DNA of 62,973 nt, the filler included, from Choristocarpus tenellus KU-1152 (Eukaryota > Protista > Phaeophyceae): NCBI GenBank assembly GCA_964200185.2. It is 13 parts of 13 records of this genome, joined end to end, with 100 filler letters (N's around TTAATTAATTAA, not from the genome) between each part and the next. Parts side by side here need not be neighbours in the genome. Positions count along the whole stretch, not along the records: positions 1 to 3,846 come from CAXNAD020017598.1; positions 3,947 to 12,582 come from CAXNAD020004507.1; positions 12,683 to 16,575 come from CAXNAD020017313.1; 10 more parts are not named here. The stretch is one strand, 5' to 3'. Below the pieces are notes generated by a model. It was not told the origin of the DNA. It was given only the letters and a program-made list of their open reading frames with translations, and did not search any database. The position numbers and the translations under genes are program-made. Shown in pieces: positions 1 to 13,709 of the stretch (the stretch's first letter is position 1; every line of letters begins with the position of its first letter).

Positions 1-88
1 AGGAAAATGTCAAAAAAAAAATCATGGGAAGCCAAGCCCCAAATGGACAAACAGGCCAAAACTCGTACCCTCTAAGATACTTTCACTC
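1..88. mobile_element. MITE family A, partial copy (contig start)
   Basis: Ends in gtaccctctaagatactttcactc, the terminus seen in full-length copies at 42550-42808 and 45543-45801. Confidence 0.85.
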
Positions 89-339
89 ATCCTACTCATG
101 CAATCAAATAAACTAATATCCTGCCCTGGAACAGCCTAACCCGTATCTCTTATTCTTCATCGTAACTGCACAACCAACATACATAAACCAATAAACCTAT
201 TTGAACAGACTCGACATCTGACACATGCAAAGGTCGAAACTCCTAACCAAACACAATAAATGGTGGTATATATTTCGATTCCTCTTGCGTACGTAAGGAC
301 AGAAATGAACTGAACCAACAGTCTTCTTTTTTTTGCTGA

Positions 340-440
340 CATTTCAAATCCGACACGTGCAACCAAATCGCACCAAAAAGCGAAAATCGAAAATAGGTAA
401 GAAAACGGACGCCGGCACCCCCCCCCAGATACTTTGACCC
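340..440. mobile_element. MITE family B variant, partial
   Basis: Shares atccgacacgtgcaaccaaatc and the terminal ccccagatactttgaccc with family B copies and with 59515-59561. Confidence 0.65.
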
Positions 441-3400
441 TATATTTCCCAGGATAATTGGGCAACTCTCTTGCATGAGTTTGGTTCAGCAATGCGACTT
501 TTTCGCTTTCTGCCAGGTACTCTGTGTGTGCTGCAGAGGAAATATATAGTCGACAAAATATTGTAGTATTCACAGGTGGTAAGCCCAGTGGGGTTTGCAG
601 ATATACTTGACCTTTAGCAACCCCCATGAAATAGCAATTTCGGGCTGCAAACTCAGACTTAAGTACACATGTGGCCTGAAAGTGCCATGAAACGAACTAT
701 CCTATCATAGGGCAACATCCATCCATGCCCTTGGTCAAAATGATAAAACTGCATACTGGGGATCCCAATCAAGCACAAGTTTGCTTCTGGAGGCAAGCCC
801 CCTCTCTTCAGGAAGCTTTCTGGGGTGTGGGAGATGATACTACTACCATGGTATTGTGCTCTTTTGGTGAAGATTTTATGCTGGACATGCCTTCTGTGGG
901 ACGAGTCAACATAGTAGTAGCAGTAGCATCAACATATGGCGATCGATGCGGGTATTGAAAAAAGTGCTATAATGTTCTATTCTTGCCACATAGGAAGCAT
1001 GTATCGGTTTGAAGGTAGATGCAAGCACTGTGGAAACTTGTAGGTGGTAGATAAACCTGTCTTTTAGGGTCTTGCAGCTGGTCATGTTCCTCTGGTAGAG
1101 GTTTAAATGATGACTATTTTCGAGCAGAAGTATGAAATATAGCACTAACTTCAGTCGGTGAGCCCTTTCAATAAATAACAACGTGATGGTTAGTAAGGCA
1201 TGCACTACTTATACTAGTCCTACCTCTGTGCCATACGTTTGCACCACGAAACATCTGGCCTCGCCGAGCGATAACGGCGCCGAATAGGACGATAACCTCA
1301 CAGAATGAAATCGGGTTGATAATCTCAACTTTCTCAGTAAGTTGGAGGTCGAGAATCATCAGGTACAAACTCGAGGTGCTTCAAGCCGTCAAAGTAGGGT
1401 CTTTGGGGGTGATTTTGAGACTAGAACTGGGCACGTTGAGGGTCAGAACGTCAGCATGGCAGCACTAGCTTGATTATACTTCTGTACGGCCAGCAAGTTC
1501 AGCACTTTCCCAATTTCGGGTAATAGAGTGATCCGTTTATTTTTGTCAGCACCACCTAGTGTGTCCTGCTTCCCCTGCTCTTTGTCGTCATGGACAACAC
1601 ACTGCCTCTCCCAACCATGCTAGCAGCTCTTGAGCCCAATACCAATCCTGTGCTGGGTAGCTGTTGGTGATACAGCATATCCAAGTTGGAGGAGAGGAGT
1701 TACTGACGAAACGGCATATTCAATTGTCGTTGATGTCCTCGTTACACAGCATCTTTTGTGTTTAGTTTGCTGCATGAGGTGTAATGTCAGGAAAGGAGGA
1801 CGGCTATAGTACACGAAGAAGATACTGGGAAGAGAAAACTTTCTTTTTTGGAGTCAAGGGATACTGTGAGGGGTGTAGAACAATCCAGAACAACGAAAAA
1901 AATAAGAACAATCTGAAATTCCGAGATCACGATTTTCATTTCAACACTCCCACCATTTTTCTACATCAAAATGCGAAAATCTCAAATTGCCTCAAAATTT
2001 TGCGATCGTTTTTTCCCTTATATTTTAACCTAACCCTCATCCCAACCCCATCTCAAACCCCAACCCCAACCCCAACCCCGGAACATACGCAAAGTATGGG
2101 GAAGTACAGAAACAAAAGAGGGAAAAATATCACCAAAAAATTAGAATTTGAAAACCTGACATTTTTGCAGGGGCTGACTACCGAAAAATGTAGCACTGCA
2201 CAAAGTGATGATTTCCAACTTTCGTTATATTTTTATTTGTTTAGTTCTTGATTGTTCCACGTCCCTTACGGCATATCACGGCACCCAGAAATACGCCGTG
2301 ATATTTGGTGCTTGTATCCCTCTTCTTAACTTTTATCAGCTATTCATAACCTTTTAACAAGAACAGCAAATAAACCTTGGGAAAGTTAACCCTTTACCAT
2401 ATTACAAGGCAGCCTTACATTACGGTGATACCCCTATGCACAGTCCATTACAGCACACCTATCTCTTTATTTGTGCTTGGATTTGTGAACCCCTTAGATC
2501 CTCCTGATTGACATAGCGTTCTACCAATTTACAAAAACGCCTAAGGATACGGACCTAGCAGCAACAGAGACGATGAGGGATAGGCAGGAAACAAATTAGT
2601 TGCAGCTTAGCTTGATGACATCGTGGGCAAACTACCACCGCCAGTAAAATCATAGGAAGTGCTACAAGGAATATGCAACTGTTCAAGGGAACAATAACAA
2701 TACCACTGCTTACTGTGTGTCGACTTATCACTACTAACACCACCACTAGTACTGCCATGGTGGGTAGGTTTTGTATAGTGATAAAAAGTACAATCACCAC
2801 TATTCACTTGACAACTACTGTCACTGCCACTCACTGAAAGTGAATGATGAGAAGCACAATGTCATCCATTCCGCACTTTTATCAGAATGGCAAACATGGC
2901 ATTCAGACAGTGTTGCTCGCAGCCACCTTGGTAGAAACAAAGCATATCTGTGGAAGAAGGAATGCGTAAAAGGATGGAGAGAGAACGAGTCACAAAGCAG
3001 CCCCATTATTAAAAACCTGATAAAATACTAAGTTTCACACACAAACATAAATGGTTATTATTTACAATGCCTTACACGCGTGTGCAAGAAGACCAAATGT
3101 ACAATATGAGAACACCGATAGTTTATAGCATCAGTACTACAAGTAACCCACCCACGAAGACCCCCTCTATAGCACATGTTGGAGTATCAAAGATCAACTA
3201 GAACACATAATAATCCTGACCCTAACCCAAACTTGTGCAATGCGTACAATAGGTACACTTAATTAATACACTACTCAAGGAAGATATTGACGATATCGGA
3301 CACTATAGGCTCATTCCCTCCAAACTTCACCCTCAACAACTCTAGCATCTTGCGATAAAACATTGCCTTGGTGAATGTACTTTGCTGAACAAAAGTACTG

Positions 3401-3665
3401 GTTATCTCGTTCACGCTTTGGAAATGAGTGCAAGCGATGTACAAAGGTATTCACATTAAAAGTTATCAACCTACCAAAATGCAGCAGTTCACAACCTTTT
3501 CAGTTTGGGTCAAAGTAGGACAAAGTTCCTGAGGAAGGACGAACGGGGTATGACATCAGGACTACGTTAATCCCCAGTAACCTTCCTTCGCCTGTGCTGT
3601 GGTTGGTTCAACCAACGTCCTTCCCAGCATCGTGACCATAAGCCCCGCTGCCAACTACCTGGCAG

Positions 3666-3760
3666 ACTGAGCTCCTCCCCAGCATGGTCCACATGGGCCT
3701 CGCTCTCAGCAAACTGACTTTCGTCAAAGTTCATACTTCGTTCATGGTTTGTTTTCTTGG
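3666..3760 (+). CDS. Possible isolated exon (TELLPSMVHMGLALSKLTFVKVHTSFMVCFL), product unknown
   Basis: cag| acceptor and |gtaaga donor flank an open frame; no family recognised. Confidence 0.2.
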
Positions 3761-3774
3761 GTAAGAGCACAGGT

Positions 3775-3846
3775 GAGTGAAAGTATCTTAGAGGGTACGA
3801 GTTTTGGCCTGTTTGTCCATTTGGGGCTTGGCTTCCCATGATTTTT
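3775..3846. mobile_element. MITE family A, partial copy (contig end)
   Basis: Reverse complement of the element at positions 1-88. Confidence 0.85.
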
Positions 3847-3946
3847 NNNNNNNNNNNNNNNNNNNNNNNNNNNNNNNNNNNNNNNNNNNNTTAATTAATT
3901 AANNNNNNNNNNNNNNNNNNNNNNNNNNNNNNNNNNNNNNNNNNNN
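3847..3946. other. Artificial contig spacer (44N-TTAATTAATTAA-44N); also at 12583, 16576, 19601, 24395, 33552, 40235, 43277, 47058, 51200, 56159, 60335
   Basis: Identical 100-bp pattern occurs 12 times; TTAATTAATTAA puts stop codons in all six frames. Confidence 0.98.
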
Positions 3947-5208
3947 CAGGGAGGGGGGGGGGGGGATTCTCTTTAACGTAGTTGTCGACGGGCAGCATGT
4001 CATACGTGCTTGAACACAAAATACATTAATATAATATGTAGTTGCTTCCACTCGAAAATTTTATACCAGTCTTCGCTTCCACAAAATGCGATTCGTGTCT
4101 CTCTAAAGGAAAGAGGATATAGTCCATATATATATATACTGAACACATGAGAGGGCATAATACTTTTTACACTCAGAGCATCACAGTATGAACATGACCA
4201 AACAGCAAACTTGTTCATCAACATGGGCTATGGCAGGAAGTCTGTGGAGAGACGAAGTGTCAGTCATGCCCTCACGAGGGAGACTCTTTCTCAGGGTGAT
4301 GTGTACAGAACCCAAAAACGCACCCAACTTCAAGCTGTGCGTATCAGGGGAATGTACTGTTCCCTTTTTCACTATTTGTTAACCAATTTAACAATACAAA
4401 GAGCAACACTGTAAAGTGAATCGATTCCCAAGTTGGATGCCCCTTTTCCTTCCTTTGTGTCAACCAGGTGTGGAACAGTGAGCAGGGCACCTCTGAGGCG
4501 GGCTTGCTCAACCTCTACCCATGGTTCCCCAATGTACACTTCCCCAAACTTTTAGTCTACTCTGATCTGCTTACTATTCCTAGAAATCTAGATAATACAC
4601 CTGAATCAGATCTTCACTATTGATATCCTTATTGCAGATTACTAGTGGTAAAAGTAGTACAAAAAAAAGGTTTACATTTTTTTCTCTCCAGTCAGAATAC
4701 TCCAGTACACTTAACTACTTGATACTTGTAAAGAATTCCTTCTTTGGAAGTTGTGATCATACCACTACTTGTTGCTTTCACAGTAATTAATCCAGTCTCC
4801 ATGAGAGCAAAAGAAATAACCACCTCTGTGCAACATCCACAAAGTACATCAACAAATGGACACAGAGCAATGTTAATGAAATAAATCAGGTTAAGCACAC
4901 AATCAGCACAAAATTCGAAAACTGTGCGCCCCAATGATATACAAATCAGTTGAATATGGCCTTTATGTTGTGTAAAGAGGGGATGGTAACCATTCAGTAG
5001 AAGACAAAACGCAAAACCATGCCAACTGCAGGAGCATCAACTCAGAGTTGCATCATCCAGGAAGACTTGCAAGAAAGTCAGAGTTTACACGCTCTAACTG
5101 CAAGCAGTCATGTATGTTGTTCCAGCGGTAATCTCCCCACCGTACACCCACAATGGACAACAGGGTGTGGAAATATGGGTTAAGGGGTGGAAGGCACAGG
5201 GGGTCTAC

Positions 5209-5966
5209 CTGGCTCTTCATCGGGCCCATCATTTTATCCGGAGATGCCATGGGGTTGGCCTGTCCCGGCAGGTCTTCTCTCCTGAGGATTCCATCTTCCT
5301 TAGCGGCGTAATAACCCTTGCGCCCTTGAAATGCAGTCTCTGAGAGGAAGCGGCCATTACTTCTGAGCCGTTTTGCCCTCGTAAGCATCTGCCTAAGTAG
5401 TGGTAGTGTCATTGGTGGAGTTCAATCAATGTTAGGAGTAAGGGAGGGTGGGGGTATGAAGGGACGGTGAGAGGTAAGGGTACGTCGGAGGGTGGTGTAG
5501 GCGTGTAGATCAGGTGTGGACGTAGAGGATAGATTATCAGGAGATGGATTAGGAGGGTTCATTGTGAAGGCATTAAGCGAGGGGATTTTGAGGTGTCAGG
5601 AAAAGAGGGGGGTTACGGTGGGTAATGGTGGAAGAGGCATGGCGGTACTGTTGATGAGTTTTTTCTTTTCCACTGGTGCTGACTTTCACTGATCTGTCAT
5701 CATCCCAACAAAGGAAACAGAGAGGGGGTAGCAAACTTTCTCATGACCTCAAATACCCCAAACACCAGTCCAATGTCGCAATAAAGCACACTCTTATCCC
5801 CTCACTTGTGGCTTAGCTCCTCCTTTTCCAGAGGTTTATCTGATTTGAGAATCCCTGTGATGCTGTGTCGAATGATACCGACAAGGATAACCATCAACAT
5901 CAGAGGGAACACCACCCAGTCCCTGATTGCCGGGTCCAGCATCAAATGATCTCCTCCCCCTCCCAT
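5209..5966 (-). CDS. EMC3: ER membrane protein complex subunit 3, first two exons (5966-5806, 5392-5209); 3' exons not identified
   Basis: Spliced translation MGGGGDHLMLDPAIRDWVVFPLMLMVILVGIIRH...QMLTRAKRLRSNGRFLSETAFQGRKGYY...NPMASPDKMMGPMKSQ matches the EMC3 N-terminus (LDPxIRDWV; RAxxLRxNG; NPM); phase-consistent GT-AG intron. Confidence 0.93.
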
Positions 5967-6436
5967 GATGTTGCAATATTTTTTGAGGGAAAGTGATCTA
6001 GTATGCTGTTGGGATAATACCAGCGGAAGGGAGCACGCTCATGTACCCTGTATAGTAGCAGTCACAACCTACTCGTACATTCGTTTTGTATTGGACATTA
6101 CCAAAATGTACTTGCTTTAATAATACTTCGAAGGCAGTTGGCTCCGTTTGACACTTTTTCATAACTTACACGAAATAGTTTTTTCAAGGTCTGTCATACT
6201 TTGATTGTTGAGGAATTACAACCTCAACACCTTCTGGTGGACAATTTTGGGCGCCCTGGTAAGTAAGGGGAAAGTTTCCTGGATGAGCTAGCTACGCACT
6301 CGGTAGGGGGGAGAGGAACTGGAGGCTACAGCAGGAAAGGGGCGGTCAAATCCCGCCTACAACAAATAGTCTCTGTAACAACACAGGTAGCCCTGTCTAG
6401 ACGTGTCATGCGTTTGAAGCTGGAGACACCAACCAG

Positions 6437-7290
6437 GGAGATGGGCAAGGAGAGACTTGTTAGATTCTTGGGATGCTTCCCTAGCTCCTCACCCTGGGGT
6501 GCAGGAATAGCTAGGTTGGAGGCACAGGAAGGTAGTGGTACAGCATAGCTGGTAGTGAAATAGGAAATAGATAAATGTTTTTCACATTTATGACAACTCT
6601 TACTTTTTAAGGGATTTCTGACAACATGTGAATAGTTTTCATTGGTTCTTCCCCTGACACATCTACAAAATATTAGAGGGTGTAATAAAAATATAGTTAA
6701 GGTTACCTAAAAAAGTAGGAGTTGCCATAAATGTGAAAAACATCAACTATGTCCCTGTTTAGATGCTAACCCTAACCCTAATAATTATATTGTTATACTA
6801 TTAGTTTGACTTTTTCCTTGACACATCCACAAAATGTCCAATGGCATAATAATAATATTATAGAGATGGGCAGGGAGGGGATTGTTAGATTCTTGAGGTG
6901 CAGGACTAAGGTAGGTTGGAGGTGCAGGAGGCCAGTGGTGTAGCATAGCTGGTGGTAGTAAAATAGTAATTTGATTATAGAAAATGATTTTCACATCTAC
7001 GATAACTGTTACTTTTTCAGGAGTTGACTCAAAGTATATTGGGTGAGGTGGGGGGTCTATACCAGGGTATCCATTTGGACCCTGACTAGGAAAAGTGCAC
7101 TTACATTATCCATCCGACACAACATGCAACCAAATCACCCAAAAATTGCGACATGAAAAAATGGGACACAGATGGACAGCCGCCACCCCTCCTCAGATAC
7201 TTCGAGCCTGTTCTGACATTCGAGTGGCTTTTCATTGGTTTTTCCTCTAAGATATCTGCAAAATGTCATAGGGCATAATATTAAAAATAT
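6437..7290. repeat. Dispersed repeat family D: two diverged local copies; core also at ~11712-11770 and (reverse) ~31283-31345
   Basis: Shared core ttttcattggttttcccctgacacatctgcaaaatgtcagagggcataata; ~6572-6612 and ~6705-6750 form an inverted pair. Confidence 0.7.
7026..7208. mobile_element. MITE family B, inserted into repeat D
   Basis: TIRs gactcaaagtat.../...agatacttcgagcc; flanks agtt/tgtt. Confidence 0.8.
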
Positions 7291-7859
7291 TATGTAATAC
7301 TACACGAGGAAGTTATTAGAAACCCAGTATAAGGTGAAGACAAAATCTGAACCAACAATTCGTTTAAACGCCATGGTGTGGAACTCCTGTCTGATTCTGG
7401 TCGTTTTCCATTCTATTGATTATATGAAGACAAGTGCCCTCAGTTGATGACGTTCGTGTTAAAAACATCTATTATGACCCGTATAGACGTAGTGATCAGT
7501 AAGGGAAACATCCTACTATACGTAGTACATACATGTGAGATTGGGTGATTTCGGAAAGGAATATAGAATATCGAAATCGGTTGATGAACACCTTTTCGAG
7601 AACAGAAATATAAGATAACGGCTACTTTGACCCTTCAATGTCTGGTAACCAGCTCATCTTTATTTTGGTATATATAGAGAGATTCAAGAAATAATTTTGA
7701 TGACGTCAGCAAATTATAACTAAACTCCTGACCCAATTTTCGTGAGCCTTACAGTCGGTTTGAAGGTTTACGATTAGTGTGTGGTGGTGTTGAGGTGTGT
7801 TGTGGATGCGTGAATTGGTGGGGTGGACGGCATAATACATATTATGTGGATATAGCATA

Positions 7860-7910
7860 TATGTATGTGTGTGTGTGTGTGTGTGTGCGTGGATGTATGT
7901 ATGTGTGTAT
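7860..7910. repeat. (GT)n/(GTAT)n microsatellite
   Basis: Direct reading. Confidence 0.9.
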
Positions 7911-8999
7911 GGTTCTATATAGGCTGGAAGACATTACCAGCATTACAGGCTGAGCAAAACACTCTTTCTTATCTGCCCTTTGAGCAGTTGAGAATCTCGA
8001 CTGCCAACTCATAACCTAACATCGTCTTTGTTGCGGGAATAGAGCAGCATTTGAGCTTTTTGTGGGCGTGTGAGTTTTTGAAGGTAGGGTAATATTAGTT
8101 ATTATTTTGTTTCAATACTCTGCTTCACAAGAGTCTGGAGACTTTCTTGACAGCCTGTGGTCAGTCATTACACACTGCACTACCTCTCATTCTAACTACT
8201 AGAAGATGGAAATACTGACAATCTGCCTGTTGCACTTTAACTAAGTGTTGTACTTGGTTTCATTCCTGACTTTCTTGTTTCTCACACACATTGGGTTCAG
8301 CACTCCCACCACTTGTCACTTCGTCTCCTCCCTTGAATCTTGTGCTGAACTATTAACTCGAAGTTTCCACCTCGATCATGGTCCACTGTTTTTTTTGTGG
8401 CACAACCGCAGATGGTAGAAGTATACAACCCGTTGTGTTTGGCACATGGAATTGGACATCGAAGAAAGATTGCTGGGAAATATGTCTAGTGTTAAAGGGG
8501 TTCGAATCCTTCAAATTCATGTAGGGTAGTCACCACCTTACCAGCTGAGGCCAGTACGAGGATAAACCCATTTACTATGTATGGACCCCAAATGAGATCG
8601 ATCTTGTTGGTGACTGATGAGTGCAGTAGGTATGAAGGTAAGTATGGTACAAATAATTATTACACGATTTATTATTGATATTTTAGTAAGACAACACTGA
8701 TGATATAATAGTCATAGCTGAACGTCTCGTTTGTCACCAATATACTACGACAACATGCTGACAAGGTGGGAGATATAATATTCGACCATACGTTCACACT
8801 GGTGTTCTTTGTATGTGGTGTTGATGTGAAGGAATCTTTTCGTGGATAAATATTGATGCAGATGCGGCCAGAGCCTACCTACGAGGCCATCTCTCCTCTG
8901 TTCTTTCTTCTCCTGATCTCTTTCCTGGCCCAGTTTTCGCTTCTTTCACAAATAACGGCTTTCAGAGCAAATCTGCACCACGATCTTCACTCCTTAGGA

Positions 9000-11540
9000 A
9001 CATCTCATGGAACTATTACCATCAATGCACCTCTTCCCGTATGGTACCCAAGATTCTATTATAGGTCACCGTAGACAGGGCAGTCTTCAAACGATGCCAT
9101 ATACTTCTTACATGAGAATGTAGATGTTTTACATTATTGATGACTCCTGGAGATGTCCTAAGGAGACTTACCCCCGCACTGCGTATCATGACAAGGTCCC
9201 AAGAGAATTACATTCTCACAACACCAGGACGATAAATGTTGAACCAATTGATGATACATTAATGTGCTGCCTAAAAGAGGAGAAGAAACAAATATCTGGA
9301 AGAGGAGCAATATGCTGCTGCACAATTTTGAAGAAATTGTAGCACTTCTTGGATATAGGGTGGGAAAGCAGTGTTCATGCCATACCGCAACACAAACAAT
9401 GGTGCCATCTTGTCCCTGCTGCAGAAGCTTAAAGTTCCTTTTGCGGGAAAAGTCGCACGATTCAGAGCAGGTATGGATGGTGAGGTCTCAGTGCTAGAGG
9501 GACTCGAATGCGTAATGGAAAGTTTTCGCTCGCATGTGCCTGGTAGCAAGGCATTTTGGGCCCAGAAAGTAAACATTTACATTGTATCCATTCATCGATG
9601 CTTATCAAGTCTCCTACAATACAGTCCTACGTAAATTGACATAATCATTTCTCACTCATATATCCTCATATAACTAATACAATACAGGGCCTTCTTGCCA
9701 TCATGTAGAGCAAGGAGGTTGTAGGACGCCCTTACTAATTCATCACCATATGAACTGTTTTGAGAGAACGGATGGCATGGTCAATTTTATGAATTTCTTA
9801 CGCTGTTCAAGTGACAGCGCTAAGCTCACTGGCCGAGATTCATTGTTTAGTTGGTTGTGTTCTACAGTATATCCTCCGACACGGATTCATCCTACCGAAA
9901 TTGTCCTGCACTCGCACTACAAACTATAGTCATGTCACAGTTTCTATAGGTTGAGTTGGCCAGGCATTAGATAAAAGCATTGATGATGCGTGGCTCAACG
10001 ATTTTGATTAAAATTACCTGAGAGGTAGGCAAGGTTGCATTTTACGAATCCCAAGACCTACAGTATCTTAGAGGGAGGGTCAGGCGTCCATTCAACGCAT
10101 CTATCACCCTGTAGTTATTTTCATATTGCATGAGTGAACGTGTCAGATGTAAAGGCAATTTCCTTCATCTGAACGCACTTTCCTTTTCTGTACCCCTGCC
10201 AGGACCAAATCTGAAAGAAAATCACCCATACAACGGGCATCGAATTAGAATGCCAAAGGCTCCAAACTTGCCTACATCTCAATTAGTCTGGCTGTTTGTG
10301 AAGGGAAGAGATATTTTCTTTGGCAAAAAACAGGACTGGTGATACCGCAACGAGGAGCAAGTGAGCAAACACTCCTCTTTTATACATTCCAACATAAATT
10401 TTTATCAGCAACATGGAAGATTTCAAATACGCACACAATCTATTGAAGCCTTGATTGGCGGTTGTTGTAACCTGGACATCTCAAAGGAGATTATTTGCTG
10501 AGAGAAAGGGAAAAATAGATGTCTCTCATTACCAATTCTTGCAGGTGTGTACCTACTTGTCCCAGAAGAGTATCTATGACCCAGAGTATCTGATCTGGGG
10601 GGGTGGGTTGGAGTCTACACCAGGGTGTCCATTTGAGCCAAAATCAGGAAAAGTGCAATTACATTATCCCTCCGACATGTATGCAACCAAACCACCCAAA
10701 AATCGCGACATGAAAAAATTGACCCCAAATGGACAGCCGCCACCCCCCTGGTACTTTGAGCCTATCATACATAACTAAAAAATCAGGGTTCTCCAGGAAG
10801 TATTTCAGGAATGTATTTCACCATCATCAACTACCATTGAGCCGTTGCGTACCATGGTGGTCAAAGTGTGAGGTCGTGTAGTGCAACAATCTCAGACATC
10901 TTGTACTGCCTGTTGCAGATTGGTGCATGCTACATTTTGGCAACGGGGGACATACATGTTACCCATCACCAAAAGACTGGAATGGGTACTGATCTCCATG
11001 GATGAAACAGAACACACTTGCACATGCAATTGCACAACATCGTTTTTCTCATTCACACACTTAAACAAGGATTTAAGTATTGTACCTTCAGAACACCCTG
11101 CGCACCCCACACACATGCACATAACTCAATCTTGGAGTCCCAGTCATACAAAACTGTACACACTCTTCCAGCACAACTTTGAACATCATTCTACACCCTG
11201 ACTGGCTATTATTGGCAGGGTTGCACCAGACTAGAGAAATACATGCACCCAGACGAACATGTTGCGACAATTCTGTGGGGCAATACACTTGTTAAGAACT
11301 CCTGCTCCCCACTTGCAATAACTACAATGGGCCACTGTAGACTTTCTATGGCGACCATGATGGGGTTCTGAAGGTTAGGGCCCTTCCAGACAGCATTAAA
11401 AAAATCGCATCCTAAGTCAACCATCTCAATAATTTTGAGCAAAAAGTGGTTGGAGTACAGGTGGAGGCAAAGGGGAGAGGTGTCTGACAATAGTAACAAA
11501 TATCCACTGATCCGGATGTAGCGATAGGTACTGTCACACT
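9000..11540 (+). pseudogene. Degenerate Helitron-like Rep relic (stops and frameshifts)
   Basis: ESFRSHVPGSKAFWAQK|GLLAIM*SKEVVGRPY*FITI resembles the Helitron Rep motif (GSxxYW...DLxAM...GxPxxFxT). RTHLHMQLH (~11008-11034) is HUH-like. NNYNGPL*TFYGDHD resembles the later NxYNP..LL..W..N.D motif. Confidence 0.42.
10578..10762. mobile_element. MITE family B, full length
   Basis: TIRs gacccagagtatctg.../...gtactttgagcc; interior similar to other B copies. Confidence 0.85.
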
Positions 11541-13709
11541 CTCAAGTTAATATCGTCAAGAACACGAAACTAGTGAACAGCCGAAACTAGTCTCTGACCC
11601 TGTAGAATATGTTGCACGATGTTGTGTTGTCCTAGAAGGAACATACTGGTTGGGACGATAATAAGGAGGAAATGACAATATGGAAATGATTTTATATACA
11701 CATATGTATATAGTTTTCATTGGTTTTCCCCTGACACATCTGCAAAATGTCAGAGGGCATAATAATATAATAATATGGAAATCCGATAGGAACCGCACGA
11801 ATCATTTGTTCATTCTCTACCACCACTATTATTGTTGGGTTAATATGCAGCCTTCTCCCCTTCATATTCATTATTTTCCTTCTTCGCAATACATACCATG
11901 TTTGGGGTACAACAACTATATTATTGTTCTGAATGGCGATAATATTGTTGTAGTAGATATATATTAATGTACTTGATATTGTTGTAGTATTATAGTTTAT
12001 TAGTTGATTAAATGTTCAAAGCGGCATTATAACTCTCAATAGGTCAATAACTACACATAATAGACATATAGATATACACAACAACCCATCATCCCAAAAA
12101 CCACAAAAATGTACCAGAAATAAATATTTTTTAAATATTGCATTTTAGAAATTGCAAAAAAATATATAGACACAATATCATCGAAAACAGTACAATAATT
12201 TGAAAGGAAAGAAATATTCATAAACGAATCTCAAAAATCCAGAACTAGAGAAATCAAAAACTGGTATTTAAAATAGAAATATGGGAATACCTCACATTTG
12301 TCATAATTTCTGAGTTCTAAATTTTGCTTATCCTCAAACCTTCTTCCCATAACCAAAAAAAGTTCAAATTCCTTGGAACTCTCTGTTTACTACAGAGGAC
12401 TCTGGTCCCCTCACCACCACATTATAATTGGAAAAGGGAATGGTAGTAGTTATCATAGTTGGGCAGTAACTCGGAACCTTTTCCAAGGTACGCCCCCCCC
12501 CCCCCCCCCCCCCCCCCCCACCCCCCCCGCACAGCCCCGCCACCCGGCGCCCCGTGAGGCGGGGGTGTCGGCGAGGCGCCCCNNNNNNNNNNNNNNNNNN
12601 NNNNNNNNNNNNNNNNNNNNNNNNNNTTAATTAATTAANNNNNNNNNNNNNNNNNNNNNNNNNNNNNNNNNNNNNNNNNNNNCCATGTTTTGTCGCATTT
12701 GGTTTTGTTTGCTATCCGGTGCCCTGGTGTTGTGGTGATGGCAGTGGAATGGAGAACTCAAGGAGATCAGCTCCTCCTTCATGGGTGTATCACCCGAATT
12801 TGAATTGGCTCTCTACACCATGCTGTTCCTGCTGGACAAGGTCTGTATAGGCGCTCTTGCCTATTGCTTGATTGGTTCTGGTTGTATTTTTTCCTTGGTA
12901 TGACAGTTTCAGATTCTTGTTTCTTGGTAAGACTCTGTTCAATGCTAGGTACTTTTGTAGTGATGGTACTAAATACACCACTGTTAATGATTGTGAGATC
13001 AATCATTAGGGTTCAGTTTCAGAACCTTTTCTTTTTATGAATTTAATTTAATTTTTTTGATGTGTTGCAGATGATATGAGACATAAGACTGGATTAGTTG
13101 TCTTTTTTTCTTTTGAGGGTTCCATAACTCTGGCGTGTTCAAGTAGTGCTCAAGTAAGGATTTTTGCCTCTGATATATCGACAGTCAGCATGGGGAAGTG
13201 ATAGATAGGAGTAGAAGGAGTTGATTGTTATCAGTTCCAGATGTTCACCTGGCTCCGTGACTCTCAACATGGAACGAATGAGATGTTTCAAGTTTTGGAA
13301 ACTAAAATTGTACCATTTAGGAGATGGGATGATACATCTTGGGTAACTACCCTTGAGTTACATGTTGGTTTAGTGAACCACTTGGAGGCAGAGTGAAGTA
13401 TGGAGGACTGCAAAGTCTGCAGTGAGGTAGAAGAGGAAGGGTTTTATATAGAGTTGTGACTTTCTCAGAATCAATCAATGATCGGACCAGCAACTAAGAA
13501 CAACCCATTTTATTTACTTAGTTACACATTTTGAGACGGAGCTAAAGTTTTTGTAACTGCAACAACTTCAAAATATATTTTTTGTTCCCTCAACATCTCT
13601 CTCCCCACATTTACCTCCCCCCGGATGCAAATCTGCTCTTTCCCGCCTCATCCACTTCCTTAACCTTGGGTGGCGTGCGTGTGCTTGTGATGAACTACGG
13701 CGGCATCAG

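Noticed and set aside
1224-1825. Minus-strand exon bounded by plausible splice sites
   Set aside because: All three frames contain stops and no family was recognised.
1-3846. One large TIR transposon spanning the first contig
   Set aside because: The two MITE termini face inward toward the unique sequence, so they are two separate MITE copies, at least one cut by an assembly break.
3891-3902. Recurring TTAATTAATTAA palindrome between N runs, and ORFs ending in XXX-LIN
   Set aside because: Assembly or concatenation spacer, not biological.
4181-4934. Downstream EMC3 exons
   Set aside because: No segment encoding the expected FFSGF/KVPFPLT motifs was found in this contig.
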